DNA of 47,882 bases, taken from IMG/VR virus record IMGVR_UViG_3300029585_000017; one strand, 5' to 3'. Every line of letters starts with the position of its first letter. Position 1 is the first letter of the stretch. The position numbers were made by a program, and so were the translations under genes. The stretch comes from a virus. Under the pieces are notes generated by a model. It saw only the letters and a program-made list of their open reading frames with translations, made no database searches and was not told the origin of the DNA. This document shows, piece by piece, positions 1 to 9,574 of this stretch.

Positions 1-99
1 TTTTTTTTTGGAGAAAATAAAAAATGGTAGATATCCAACACGAATCGCTTCCAGACAGCCGTCTCCACGAATGTAAAGGAGCAGCATCTGCCACCGTAG
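1..99. repeat. Terminal overlap copy 1: identical to nt 47784-47882 (circular closure / assembly overlap or short direct terminal repeat)
   Basis: Base-by-base comparison of window start (T9-GGAGAAAATAAAAAATGG...CCACCGTAG) with window end. Confidence 0.95.
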
Positions 100-647
100 G
101 TCAGGTGCTGACAGCAGTTGGAGATGGAACAGCCACTTTCCAAAATCCGGCACTTCTACCTAGAGAATTTATTACAGAAGATGCATTATCAAGTAGTTCC
201 TTCACCGCTCAAACTGTAGCCTCTACAGGTGATGAAAAACAAATTGTTTATGGAGCTCCAGCAGCAAGTCCGGGTAATACAATGTCTATAGACGCTTCTG
301 GCAATATCATATTTAATATTGCAGGAACATATCATCTAACTGGTTTTGTTTCAGCGGGCAGAAGTACAAATACTGGTGTTACAGAATTAGCTTTCTCTCT
401 AAGATACAATGGTACTCAGGTTGGCGCTACAGAAATTGCTAAGATTGATGATAACTCTCAATCTTTAAGTGTCTTATCAGGGAGCGGTATCTTCACTGTC
501 GCAGCAGGAGATATTATCTCTTTACATATGTTGATGGTAGACGATGCTGGGGGAGTCGCAGGGGTATACCCTACAACCGTCCCAAATACAGGTTGGAGTG
601 ATAGCCCGTCCACTAGAATTGCGATAAGTAAATTAGGTGTAGCATAA
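24..647 (+). CDS. Virion-associated protein, C-terminal C1q/TNF-like jelly-roll suspected (fibre or decoration protein)
   Basis: 207-aa ORF, GGAG upstream of the ATG, in structural operon after capsid terminator. Motifs FNIAGTYHLTGFVS and AAGDIISLHM resemble C1q-type GxYxF / GDxVxL strands. Confidence 0.6.
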   Translation: MVDIQHESLPDSRLHECKGAASATVGQVLTAVGDGTATFQNPALLPREFITEDALSSSSFTAQTVASTGDEKQIVYGAPAASPGNTMSIDASGNIIFNIAGTYHLTGFVSAGRSTNTGVTELAFSLRYNGTQVGATEIAKIDDNSQSLSVLSGSGIFTVAAGDIISLHMLMVDDAGGVAGVYPTTVPNTGWSDSPSTRIAISKLGVA

Positions 648-1441
648 TGAAGATGAAGCTAATTGAAATGGTTCAAGATATTCATAACGATTTGGACCTA
701 GACTTAGTTAACAGTATTGACGACACAATTGAATCCCAACAAGTAGCACAGATTATCAAGACAACATATTTTGCTATGATGTCTAACCGTAACTGGCCTC
801 ACCTACGTGAATCAATTTCCCTTGTTCCTTTCTCAAACGCTTCTCTCCCTACTCACATGTCAGTGCCAGAAGGGATGAAGGAACTAGACTTCGTCAACTA
901 TAACGCACAAAAGAAAGATGAGACACGTCTGCGTTATAAAGCTATTAAATGGCTAGAGCCCGATAGCTTCTTACGTAAACAGAATGCTCTCAATACAGAT
1001 GCTGATAATACGTTAGTTGTGACAGACCCTACGGGTGTTCAATTGATGGTTAAAACTGATAAGGCTCCTGAGTTCTTTACATCCTTCGATGATACTACTT
1101 TAGTCTTTGATAGTTACAACAGCGCTGTGGATGATTCTCTGCAAGAATCTAAGTGCCAATGTATGGCATATATGATGCCATCGTGGTCTCAGACAGATGA
1201 CTTTATACCTGACCTTCCTTCGGAAGCTTTTATTTCTCTTCTAGAAGAAGCTAAGAGTAAAGCTTCTCTTAAACTTAAACAGTCTGCTGACAATAAAGCA
1301 GAGCAAGAAGCAGTTCGTCAACGGAATTGGTTGTCACGAAAAGCACGACGTATCGCTGGTGGCATTCATTATCCAAATTATGGACGCAATAGTCATAAGT
1401 ACCGTCGAGATATTACTTTCCAAGAAGGGCGTAATAACTAA
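647..1441 (+). CDS. Head-tail adaptor / tail tubular protein A-like (by position)
   Basis: 264-aa ORF, TAATG coupling to upstream gene, position equivalent to T7 gp11 before the large tube protein. Confidence 0.55.
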   Translation: MKMKLIEMVQDIHNDLDLDLVNSIDDTIESQQVAQIIKTTYFAMMSNRNWPHLRESISLVPFSNASLPTHMSVPEGMKELDFVNYNAQKKDETRLRYKAIKWLEPDSFLRKQNALNTDADNTLVVTDPTGVQLMVKTDKAPEFFTSFDDTTLVFDSYNSAVDDSLQESKCQCMAYMMPSWSQTDDFIPDLPSEAFISLLEEAKSKASLKLKQSADNKAEQEAVRQRNWLSRKARRIAGGIHYPNYGRNSHKYRRDITFQEGRNN

Positions 1442-1638
1442 TGGAATATAAAGGTTTTAAAATCGAAGCTGATGGCACGATGGGTTACCACCATATTAAA
1501 CAACCGGGAAGCGGTGCTGTACCATCAGCTTTAAAAGGGCGTTATACAACAGCTAAGTTTGCAACTGAAGCTATTGACGCGTACCAACCTAAACGGGGAG
1601 CTAAGAAGAAAGATGGCGAGGTCATTACAACAGCTTAA
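1441..1638 (+). CDS. Small hypothetical virion-module protein
   Basis: 65-aa ORF, TAATG start overlap with upstream stop. Confidence 0.5.
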   Translation: MEYKGFKIEADGTMGYHHIKQPGSGAVPSALKGRYTTAKFATEAIDAYQPKRGAKKKDGEVITTA

Positions 1639-4294
1639 TTATGCCTCCTTTTCAGGAGGTTTAATCACAGAAGCTTCTCCTCTAACGTTTCCAGACGGAG
1701 CGTCTATAGATGAGAACAACTTCGAATTAACCAAACAAGGATTCCGTCGTAGACGTTTAGGTCTAAACGCTGTCTCTAATGAAGTACTATTAGAGAGCCG
1801 TGTGTCTAATCCAAAAGATATTACAACATTCTTATGGGATAACAACGGAAGTACAGGTCAGGAATTTCTTGTAGTAACATTAAAAAATGAAATACTAATT
1901 TACGATGTAACGGATGCAGTACCCGGTGATAAGCTTGTTTACAAAACATCTGTATCTGGGAACACTTCATCATTGTCAATTACCTCTCATGCTGGCCAGT
2001 TGATTATCGCCAATGGTGAAGCAGATATTACGATATTAACCTCTTTAGGTAATAATCTCTTTTCTGAACGTAAAGAGCGTTTGAAAATACGAGATAGAGT
2101 AGGTATCCCAGATTATTCTCGTGATACCGATTTAGATAGGAAGGTAAGCCTGCTGAATGCAGCTAAGTCCTCCTACCGTCCTTCAAGTAATGAACTTTAT
2201 TTAGACCCGGGTTATCCTTATTTAATCACCCCTCCGTCTGTAACTCCGGCTATAGATGTTCGTTATGATTTCGTAGGCACTCGATTAATAAGTGATGAAA
2301 CCACAGACGGAAACCGTACACTTCGTACCGAGTTAACTAGTTCGGTAGAGTATGAAGAGTTCCAAGGATACCCTATTGAGAGTTTTGTATTAACACGTCG
2401 TTTCTCGTCTGGGGTCCCTTATGAGCTCAGTGTAGTATTCCAAGATGGTTTTTACAATAATACTATTGCAACTCCATTCCTGAGTGGGGGGAGTCTCAGT
2501 GTAGTAACTGGTATTGAGTATACGATAAACTTGACAGAAGGGGAGTATAACAATTTCTTTAATCTCTCAACACCATTATGGTTAAGTGAATCTAATTACA
2601 CCAATCATCCGCATATCTATAACTTGTGGAATCAAGGATGGGGTGAGCGCAGAATGACACCCGGAAATACTACAACCTTGATACCCCCTATTGATGAGTT
2701 CCACGCGGTGACTAATCTCCTCCCAGCAAACTCCGATAATATCAATTCTGTACTTTACGCTAACAATCAGAATGATAGTAACAGAACTGCTGACCGTTTC
2801 CACCCTCAAGATTTAGAAGCTAATCCTCAAGGCTCTAGCGTTTCCCCTCAAGGGCGTTATATTATTGACGCACTCGATAGAGGAAACTCAAGAGCTAGCG
2901 CTTTTAATAAAGATCTTCTTGAGAAAGGAGAGGTTGAACGTGCGCAGAAATCTAAGCTGAGTTACGAAGATACCCTTGGAGGTGCTACTACAGTCGCTGA
3001 GTATGCAGGACGTGTGTGGTATGCTGGCTTCTCAGGGGACTCCGCAGGAAGTACGCTTAAACTTTCCAATAAGATATTGTATAGCCAAACTGGTGATGAT
3101 AACCTGTTGTCTTGTTATCAAGAAGCAGATCCCACCTCGAACACCGACAGTAACCTTGTTGACACTGACGGTGGATGGGTGAGTATTGATGCTATTGATG
3201 AAGTAATAAAACTCGTACCTACAGACACAGCGTTGATTGTATTCGCTACTAATGGTGTGTGGGCTGTAGCAGGTATCGATGGTAATACATTTAAACCTAC
3301 GAGTTCAATGGTTCTCAAGGTAACAGATAAAGGTTCAGTAAATCCACAGAACATCGTTCAAGTTGATGCTGACATTTTCTTCTGGGCTAAAGATGGTTTA
3401 TATCAACTTAAGTCTAATGGTTACGCAACATTTGAACTTGTGCCTATGACTAAACTAACTATAAACAGTTTGGTACTAGATCTCTCCCAAGAAGATTTCG
3501 AAGGGATGTCTGGAGCATATGACGAACGTTTGGATAGAATAGTGTGGATTATTACAGGGGGGTCAGGTGTTTCAGAGAGACGAGAGTTAATTTACCATCT
3601 AGCTTTCCAAAGCTTTACTATCAACACTTTCTACAGAGGCGCAGGTGACAATGATTTTGTTGAGGCATTGGCAGTTGTTAAGACACCACAGTTCGTATCA
3701 AAATCTACCCCCACTAGCGTTGTAGCGGGTTTGGACAATGTTGTAGCTGGCAGTGACAATGTTGTAGTAGATACTTCTGAAAGAGACGGGAGCCCTTCAA
3801 GAGTTGCATACGTATCTTTACGTAACGCTCAAGACGGTGACTATTTATTCTTCTCTGATTTAGTAAGAGATGACTATAAAGATTGGGGAGTTGTGGACGC
3901 ACCAGCCCTATTACTCACAGGTTATGTAACAGGTGGAGATACTTCGCGTATGAAGCAAGTCCCCTATCTTACATTACATTGTAACAGGACTGAGACAGAT
4001 GCTACTATGACAGGTGTTCAGAATGAATCAAGCTGTCTTGTGCAAAGTCAATGGGAGTGGACTAATGATCCATTCGCTAACAAGTGGAGCCCTAAGTTCC
4101 AAGGTTATCGTTTACAGCGTCCTCAGATTCGAGGTATCGGTCAACCTGTAGCTGAAGGTATCGAAGTGGTTACCACTAAGAATAAGCTACGAGGCAGAGG
4201 GCGTACTGTTAGTCTGTTATTCTCAACAGAGCCTGAGAAGGATTGTCAAATCCTCGGTTGGAGTATGATTGCAGGAGCAAGTGGAAATGTCTAG
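1613..4294 (+). CDS. Tail tubular protein B-like / nozzle protein (by size and position)
   Basis: Long ORF. I prefer the ATG at 1613 (MARSLQQLNYASF) over the track start 1559. Position matches T7 gp12. Confidence 0.6.
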   Translation: MARSLQQLNYASFSGGLITEASPLTFPDGASIDENNFELTKQGFRRRRLGLNAVSNEVLLESRVSNPKDITTFLWDNNGSTGQEFLVVTLKNEILIYDVTDAVPGDKLVYKTSVSGNTSSLSITSHAGQLIIANGEADITILTSLGNNLFSERKERLKIRDRVGIPDYSRDTDLDRKVSLLNAAKSSYRPSSNELYLDPGYPYLITPPSVTPAIDVRYDFVGTRLISDETTDGNRTLRTELTSSVEYEEFQGYPIESFVLTRRFSSGVPYELSVVFQDGFYNNTIATPFLSGGSLSVVTGIEYTINLTEGEYNNFFNLSTPLWLSESNYTNHPHIYNLWNQGWGERRMTPGNTTTLIPPIDEFHAVTNLLPANSDNINSVLYANNQNDSNRTADRFHPQDLEANPQGSSVSPQGRYIIDALDRGNSRASAFNKDLLEKGEVERAQKSKLSYEDTLGGATTVAEYAGRVWYAGFSGDSAGSTLKLSNKILYSQTGDDNLLSCYQEADPTSNTDSNLVDTDGGWVSIDAIDEVIKLVPTDTALIVFATNGVWAVAGIDGNTFKPTSSMVLKVTDKGSVNPQNIVQVDADIFFWAKDGLYQLKSNGYATFELVPMTKLTINSLVLDLSQEDFEGMSGAYDERLDRIVWIITGGSGVSERRELIYHLAFQSFTINTFYRGAGDNDFVEALAVVKTPQFVSKSTPTSVVAGLDNVVAGSDNVVVDTSERDGSPSRVAYVSLRNAQDGDYLFFSDLVRDDYKDWGVVDAPALLLTGYVTGGDTSRMKQVPYLTLHCNRTETDATMTGVQNESSCLVQSQWEWTNDPFANKWSPKFQGYRLQRPQIRGIGQPVAEGIEVVTTKNKLRGRGRTVSLLFSTEPEKDCQILGWSMIAGASGNV

Positions 4295-4586
4295 AGAAAC
4301 TATTATTGATAATAATGACTACACAGTTGATTTACAATATTCAGAGGGTCTTGTATTTCTTCACTGCGATGTTCATAACTTCAACAAGACTGTGTATAAA
4401 AACATGATTCGTGATTGGCTAGACATGGAAGAGGCCCTGTATGATCAGGGTCTTGACAAAGTCTACGCTGTTCCTTTAGAAGAGAAAGGTTTCATTGAAC
4501 GTACTGGTTGGGAATATCTAACATCCTTTGACCACTACGGAACAGAAAGAGAGGTATATGTATGGGAGTTGTCGAAGCAGTGCTAG
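4287..4586 (+). CDS. Hypothetical virion-module protein
   Basis: ORF in operon. ATG at 4287 (MSRETIID) overlaps the upstream stop by 8 nt; the track start 4269 is also possible. Confidence 0.55.
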   Translation: MSRETIIDNNDYTVDLQYSEGLVFLHCDVHNFNKTVYKNMIRDWLDMEEALYDQGLDKVYAVPLEEKGFIERTGWEYLTSFDHYGTEREVYVWELSKQC

Positions 4587-5029
4587 TCGTTTCTGCTCTT
4601 GTTGGCGCAGCATCTGCGGTATCCAGTGCTCAAGCTGCTGGTGATGCGGCAGATGCACAGAAAGAACAATCGGCCCAACAACAAGCCGCTAACACGGCTG
4701 AAGCTGCACGTAGTCGTCGAGAGAACCTACGTAGACAGCGTTTACAACAAGCTGAGATTGAAGCAGCAGGCGCAGCTCAAGGCACAGCAGGAAGTTCAGC
4801 ACAACTTGGCGTAGCCGATAGCCTAGCAGCTGGTACAGCAGCACAGACAGCAGCTACAAGCCAACGTGTCACTAATTTAAATAACCAAGCGCAACAGCAA
4901 AATTTAATTGCAGATGCTCAAGCTCGTCAACAAACATTCCAAGCTATTGGAGGCTTTGCATCTTCTACGTTTAATGTTGCAGCTGGTACATCTGGCGGAC
5001 AAGCAGCGCTAGCTAAAACATTCAGTTAA
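4562..5029 (+). CDS. Ala/Gln-rich internal virion protein with N-terminal hydrophobic segment
   Basis: 155-aa ORF, GAGG 8 nt before the ATG, N-terminus VVEAVLVVSALVGAASAV, position like T7 gp13/14. Confidence 0.6.
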   Translation: MGVVEAVLVVSALVGAASAVSSAQAAGDAADAQKEQSAQQQAANTAEAARSRRENLRRQRLQQAEIEAAGAAQGTAGSSAQLGVADSLAAGTAAQTAATSQRVTNLNNQAQQQNLIADAQARQQTFQAIGGFASSTFNVAAGTSGGQAALAKTFS

Positions 5030-5038
5030 GGAGAGAGT

Positions 5039-8000
5039 ATGTTATCTACAGGTGCGGCTAGCACATTGGCTAGTCAATCTAATGTCACTCCTCGTGACCC
5101 AGCAGCACAATCAGTGCAAGCTGGTTACACCAGCCTAATGGCTGAAGGCGTTCCTACAGGTCAAACATACTACAACGTTATACAAGAGAATGAAGAAGTA
5201 GGGTATAGCCCTACAACACAAGCTGTTAATGACATCTTGTATCAAGAAGAAGGTCAGCGTATGACTGACCTACTTCCTGACATTCTTCTAGATGAGAATC
5301 TTACTGACGAACAGAAGAGAGAGATGCTTGGCTTAACAGTTGACCGTCCTGAGAATGACCTTTCATATCAGTACGCTCGTGACAATCTTGAGTCTCCTGA
5401 ACTTCTCGAAGTAAACAAGGAATATCGAAACAGTAAAGAAGCAGCTCTTGCTTCTCTTAAAACCGTTAATGATTACAACACAGCTATAGATGCTGCTGAA
5501 GACCAAGCGAACATGTCAGATAATCCAAGTTTTGTAAACAATGCTGTGGATTTTGGTATGTTAATGGTTCCTTATTGGGAACAGACAACCATCGCTGAGT
5601 TGTCTAACCTTCTTGGTGGAGATGCTACAGACGTAGCTAAAGCTTTCGTTCTAATGGGGGAGAGTAAACAAGACCTTCGTGAAGCATTTACTAAAATGCC
5701 TCTTGAGGAGCGTGCCCAAGCAGCACAGTTTTTTGTCAATGCTATTGTAGAAGCTAACTCTAATAGCTTCATGACCAATGAACTCAGCACTCGTGGTTTG
5801 ATTGATGCAGTATTGCATGGTGATTACGCAGAGTGGGAATCTTGGTTGGATAATGTTGTTTCCCTAGCAGACCTTTCTATTGTAGGTAAGCCTATAAAGT
5901 GGGGTAGCGATTATCTACGTGGTTTGAATAAAGCCCGTAAGGTAAAGAGTGCAGTAAGATCTTCATCACCTCATCGCATGGCTAATGAGACTAATGCTTC
6001 AGAAGCTAGACGTCAAGTTGCAGAGATGATTGATGATGGTACAGGTGAGACAGCAAGCGCATTGACAGGAGCCTCGCGAGAGGACGCTATACTGGATACA
6101 GTGTTACCAGAAATGGGTGTTGGTGGAGAACTTGCAGGTATTCGTGATAAGGTAGGACGTAGCACTGCCACATATGAGAAGACTCTGATCAGCAATGCTA
6201 ATATTGACGAAGCTTTGAACGACAGTGCTATTGGGGCTCTTACAAGAAAAGAGGTCGAAGCAGCTAATGCCCGTGTTGTAAACAGATTACAAAGCGCTAA
6301 AGGTGTTACTTCTCGTAAAGAGATGTTTGATTTTAAAGAGACAGAGACGGGTGCTAAAATCAGGGGTGTATACGGACCTGAAGAAGGTGGGTGGTCTAGT
6401 GCCAAAGAAGCTAGAGAATTAACAGCTATTGCTCTACGTCCTGAAGGTATTGACTCTAGTGCTATCACTATTCTTAAGAAAGGTGACGATGGAGAGTTCC
6501 GTCCAGTAAAAGGTTTACCAGAAGAAGAAGGTCAATATCTAGCGTCTTTCGACTATGACTATGAGACTAACTTCTCTGACGTTATTGGCAATTGGGAACG
6601 TTTCGATGTTAAGCGTAACTTCTTAGACCGAGCTTCACTCTCAGCTAAAGCTAAAGTGAACCGTCATGTGTTTGATCCCGCATCTACATTAGACTCTCAC
6701 ATTGTGTTTGGAGCTAATGCAGCGGTAGATAAAGCAGCTCGTGTAACTAAACTTATGCTTGAAGACGCTAAGAATTTCTCTGACAAGCTTAATGTGATGG
6801 ATAGTCAAAAGCAACAAGACATCCTGTCATATATTAAAGAAGCTAATGAAAAGGGATGGAAGTTCAATAAAGAAATGGCTCGTGCAGAGTGGAACTTCAA
6901 CGATGACCAACTCGATGCGTTACAATCATTTCGTAATTATTGGGATGATGTGTGGGCTATTCGTAACCGTACTGATGCTAAAGCTATGGCAGATGAAGGT
7001 TACCTAGTGATGGAAGACTTTGCTACTGATACACGTTTCTTCGGCAGACCTCGTCGTTCACAGAACGTAGATACTAACAAAGCTGTGTTCGATCCTGTAA
7101 AAGGTGAGACAACTTCGATTACTCGTGAAGAGTTGAAGCTTCTTGAAGAACAAGGTGGAGGTATTATTCAACTACGTCGCCCTATGGATTACGATGGGGT
7201 CGTTACTGATTATGTCTTAACAACAAAAGCTGGACAAACTCGTGGTGTTACTAAGTCTGATATTGTTTACCCGTATCGTGAAGGGTACTATGAAGTAAAT
7301 TATACACAGCCTCACTTTATTGTGAAAGAAGTTACGGATGGTACACGTACGTATCAGAAAGCAGTAGCTACAGCTGAGACATTCGAAGACGCGCAGTTAT
7401 ACATTCAACGTCTCGCTAAGACAGACCCTGATGGTGTATACACACGTCGTGGGGATATTAAAGACCGTAATGAATTGGCTGGCTTTGAACAAGACATGTA
7501 TGAGTCTTACGGACACGGTAGACAACGTGCTCGTGGCAAGCGTCTAGAGGATGCTACAGCTGTTGTTCGTAATACAGAGCAGGATAATATCAAAGGTCCT
7601 GTGGATGCAATGATTGACACATCGCGTTTGATGGGCAACAGAGTAGCTATGACGGATTACATGAATGCCACAAAGCAGCGTTTCATGGAAACTTATGCCG
7701 ATGTCCTTCCTAAGAAGAATGGGATGACTCAGTTCCCATCTCGTCTAGAAGATATTGGAGATGCTTCAAACGCAACATCGCGTCAAGTCTCAGATGCTCG
7801 TACAACTTTTGAATACATTGCATATCTAGAACATGGGTATATTAACGGTATGTCTGAAGTGAGTAAGTCTGCCCTCCGTACAGCGGCAGATGCTTTAGGC
7901 GCTCGTGGTTTTGGTAAGTTGGAGAAGCTAGCTCGTAAAGCTTCAGAAGCTTCTTTAACAGATACAGCAAAAAGTGCAGCATTCCAACTGTACATTGCTC

Positions 8001-9574
8001 TTAACCCTTTGCGTCAAGGTCTGCTTAATGCTCACCAATCTGCATTGCTTCTAGCTAACTTTCCAAGTTATGCTTTGAACCCTCGCGGTATGACTGCTGA
8101 TTTTACAGCAATGGCTGACTTGGCATTATCTGGGGGTAAGAACCTAAAAGTATTAGCTAAGGCAACTAACCGTTCTGAAGAAGAACTTCGATTCATGTAT
8201 AGAGAGTTCCAGAAATCTGGTCTTGAAGATAGTATTGATGTTCAGAATATGGTACGGGGCACTCTAACAGAGTTCGCTGAGGGGACACGTTTCTCTCAAT
8301 CTACTGCTAGAAAAGTGGTGGGAGCTTCAGTAGGAGGTGTTCGTAAAGTAGGTTTCGATTCTGGTGAATGGGTAAATATGGCGACATCGTGGCTAGCTCA
8401 TTATAACAGAGCGTCTGAAGGGGCTAAGGCTCTTACTAAGACAGACTTACATAAAGTTGGTGCTGAGGCTCGTAACTACACGTTCAATATGAACCGTGCT
8501 GGGGATATGCCTTATAACCAAAACTCTTTTGGACTTCTTGCTCAGTTTTTCCAAGTGCCTCATAAAGCACTGCTTCAACTGACCAACCGTGGGCTGTCTC
8601 GTAACGAGAGAGCTAGACTTGGTTTGTATAATGCGTTAGCTTATAGCTTACCAGCAGGGGCTATGTACTCAATTTTTGGAGATATTCTCCCTGACTATGA
8701 GAAGAACCCAGAGGTTCATAACGCTATTGTACAGGGGTTAGAGTTCTACATGTGGAACAAGATGATAGAAGGTATGACAGGGCTTGATTCTGAAATTGAT
8801 TTCAGTTCTTTGTCTCCGTCTGACCCTTACGGAATCTGGGAAGTGATTCATGGAATATTCACTACAGAGACAGGTTCTTTATTATCAGCTTCTCCAGCAG
8901 GTAGTTTGATATTTGGTAATAATCCACGTATAACAAACCTAGCTAAAACAGCAGCTCGTTTCTTCAATGTTACTGAAGATTTTAAAGGAGACCCTACAAC
9001 GATGTCTCATGTCTTTAACGACATGGCTCACCTATCATCTGGCTACTCAAACTACTATAGAGCTAAGATGGCAGTGGAACACGGGAAACTATATAGCTCT
9101 CGTGGGGAAGTGGTAGACCCAAGTGTCTCCACACCAGAGGCTATTGCTTTAGCTTTTGGATTCCCTACTATGGACGCAGCTCGTGAGTATGCTCTTAATA
9201 ATAAGATATACAAAACTAAAGAAGCTGCACGTAAAGATGTAGACAAGTGGTATAACGAGTACACGACTCGCCTTAACCGTGAAGGGATTACAGCAAAAGA
9301 GATTGATTACACTGTGAAAGTGATGTCACAAGGTATGCTGGCATTTGCTGACAGCCCTTATGCTATGGACAGAATACGTTATAGACTGGAACGTGCTATA
9401 GAGCGTGGTGACAGCTCTATCTATAACGCTGTCTTGAAACTTGCTGGTGAATTGCCACCAGAAGAAGCAGCTAAGTTGATGCGCTCAGTCCCTAACTATG
9501 ATCCAGTTAAGAGACAACAATTGATTGATACAATTGAGAACATCAGAACGTATGATTTTAATGGAGAAGATTAA
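5039..9574 (+). CDS. Giant internal virion / DNA-ejection protein (T7 gp16-like by size and position)
   Basis: 1511-aa ORF, AAGGAG RBS, follows small internal proteins in a podovirus structural operon. Confidence 0.75.
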   Translation: MLSTGAASTLASQSNVTPRDPAAQSVQAGYTSLMAEGVPTGQTYYNVIQENEEVGYSPTTQAVNDILYQEEGQRMTDLLPDILLDENLTDEQKREMLGLTVDRPENDLSYQYARDNLESPELLEVNKEYRNSKEAALASLKTVNDYNTAIDAAEDQANMSDNPSFVNNAVDFGMLMVPYWEQTTIAELSNLLGGDATDVAKAFVLMGESKQDLREAFTKMPLEERAQAAQFFVNAIVEANSNSFMTNELSTRGLIDAVLHGDYAEWESWLDNVVSLADLSIVGKPIKWGSDYLRGLNKARKVKSAVRSSSPHRMANETNASEARRQVAEMIDDGTGETASALTGASREDAILDTVLPEMGVGGELAGIRDKVGRSTATYEKTLISNANIDEALNDSAIGALTRKEVEAANARVVNRLQSAKGVTSRKEMFDFKETETGAKIRGVYGPEEGGWSSAKEARELTAIALRPEGIDSSAITILKKGDDGEFRPVKGLPEEEGQYLASFDYDYETNFSDVIGNWERFDVKRNFLDRASLSAKAKVNRHVFDPASTLDSHIVFGANAAVDKAARVTKLMLEDAKNFSDKLNVMDSQKQQDILSYIKEANEKGWKFNKEMARAEWNFNDDQLDALQSFRNYWDDVWAIRNRTDAKAMADEGYLVMEDFATDTRFFGRPRRSQNVDTNKAVFDPVKGETTSITREELKLLEEQGGGIIQLRRPMDYDGVVTDYVLTTKAGQTRGVTKSDIVYPYREGYYEVNYTQPHFIVKEVTDGTRTYQKAVATAETFEDAQLYIQRLAKTDPDGVYTRRGDIKDRNELAGFEQDMYESYGHGRQRARGKRLEDATAVVRNTEQDNIKGPVDAMIDTSRLMGNRVAMTDYMNATKQRFMETYADVLPKKNGMTQFPSRLEDIGDASNATSRQVSDARTTFEYIAYLEHGYINGMSEVSKSALRTAADALGARGFGKLEKLARKASEASLTDTAKSAAFQLYIALNPLRQGLLNAHQSALLLANFPSYALNPRGMTADFTAMADLALSGGKNLKVLAKATNRSEEELRFMYREFQKSGLEDSIDVQNMVRGTLTEFAEGTRFSQSTARKVVGASVGGVRKVGFDSGEWVNMATSWLAHYNRASEGAKALTKTDLHKVGAEARNYTFNMNRAGDMPYNQNSFGLLAQFFQVPHKALLQLTNRGLSRNERARLGLYNALAYSLPAGAMYSIFGDILPDYEKNPEVHNAIVQGLEFYMWNKMIEGMTGLDSEIDFSSLSPSDPYGIWEVIHGIFTTETGSLLSASPAGSLIFGNNPRITNLAKTAARFFNVTEDFKGDPTTMSHVFNDMAHLSSGYSNYYRAKMAVEHGKLYSSRGEVVDPSVSTPEAIALAFGFPTMDAAREYALNNKIYKTKEAARKDVDKWYNEYTTRLNREGITAKEIDYTVKVMSQGMLAFADSPYAMDRIRYRLERAIERGDSSIYNAVLKLAGELPPEEAAKLMRSVPNYDPVKRQQLIDTIENIRTYDFNGED

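Noticed and set aside
1559-1612. Track start of the 911-aa ORF at 1559
   Set aside because: It would overlap the 65-aa gene by 80 nt. The in-frame ATG at 1613 shortens the overlap to 26 nt and has purine-rich sequence upstream. The choice remains uncertain.
6013-6468. Antisense ORFs inside large genes (also 17912-18400 +, 41179-41583 -, 46878-47285 -, 26111-26467 + and many shorter ones)
   Set aside because: These are shadow ORFs fully embedded opposite well-supported genes. They have Ser/Leu/Arg-rich low-information translations and no RBS.
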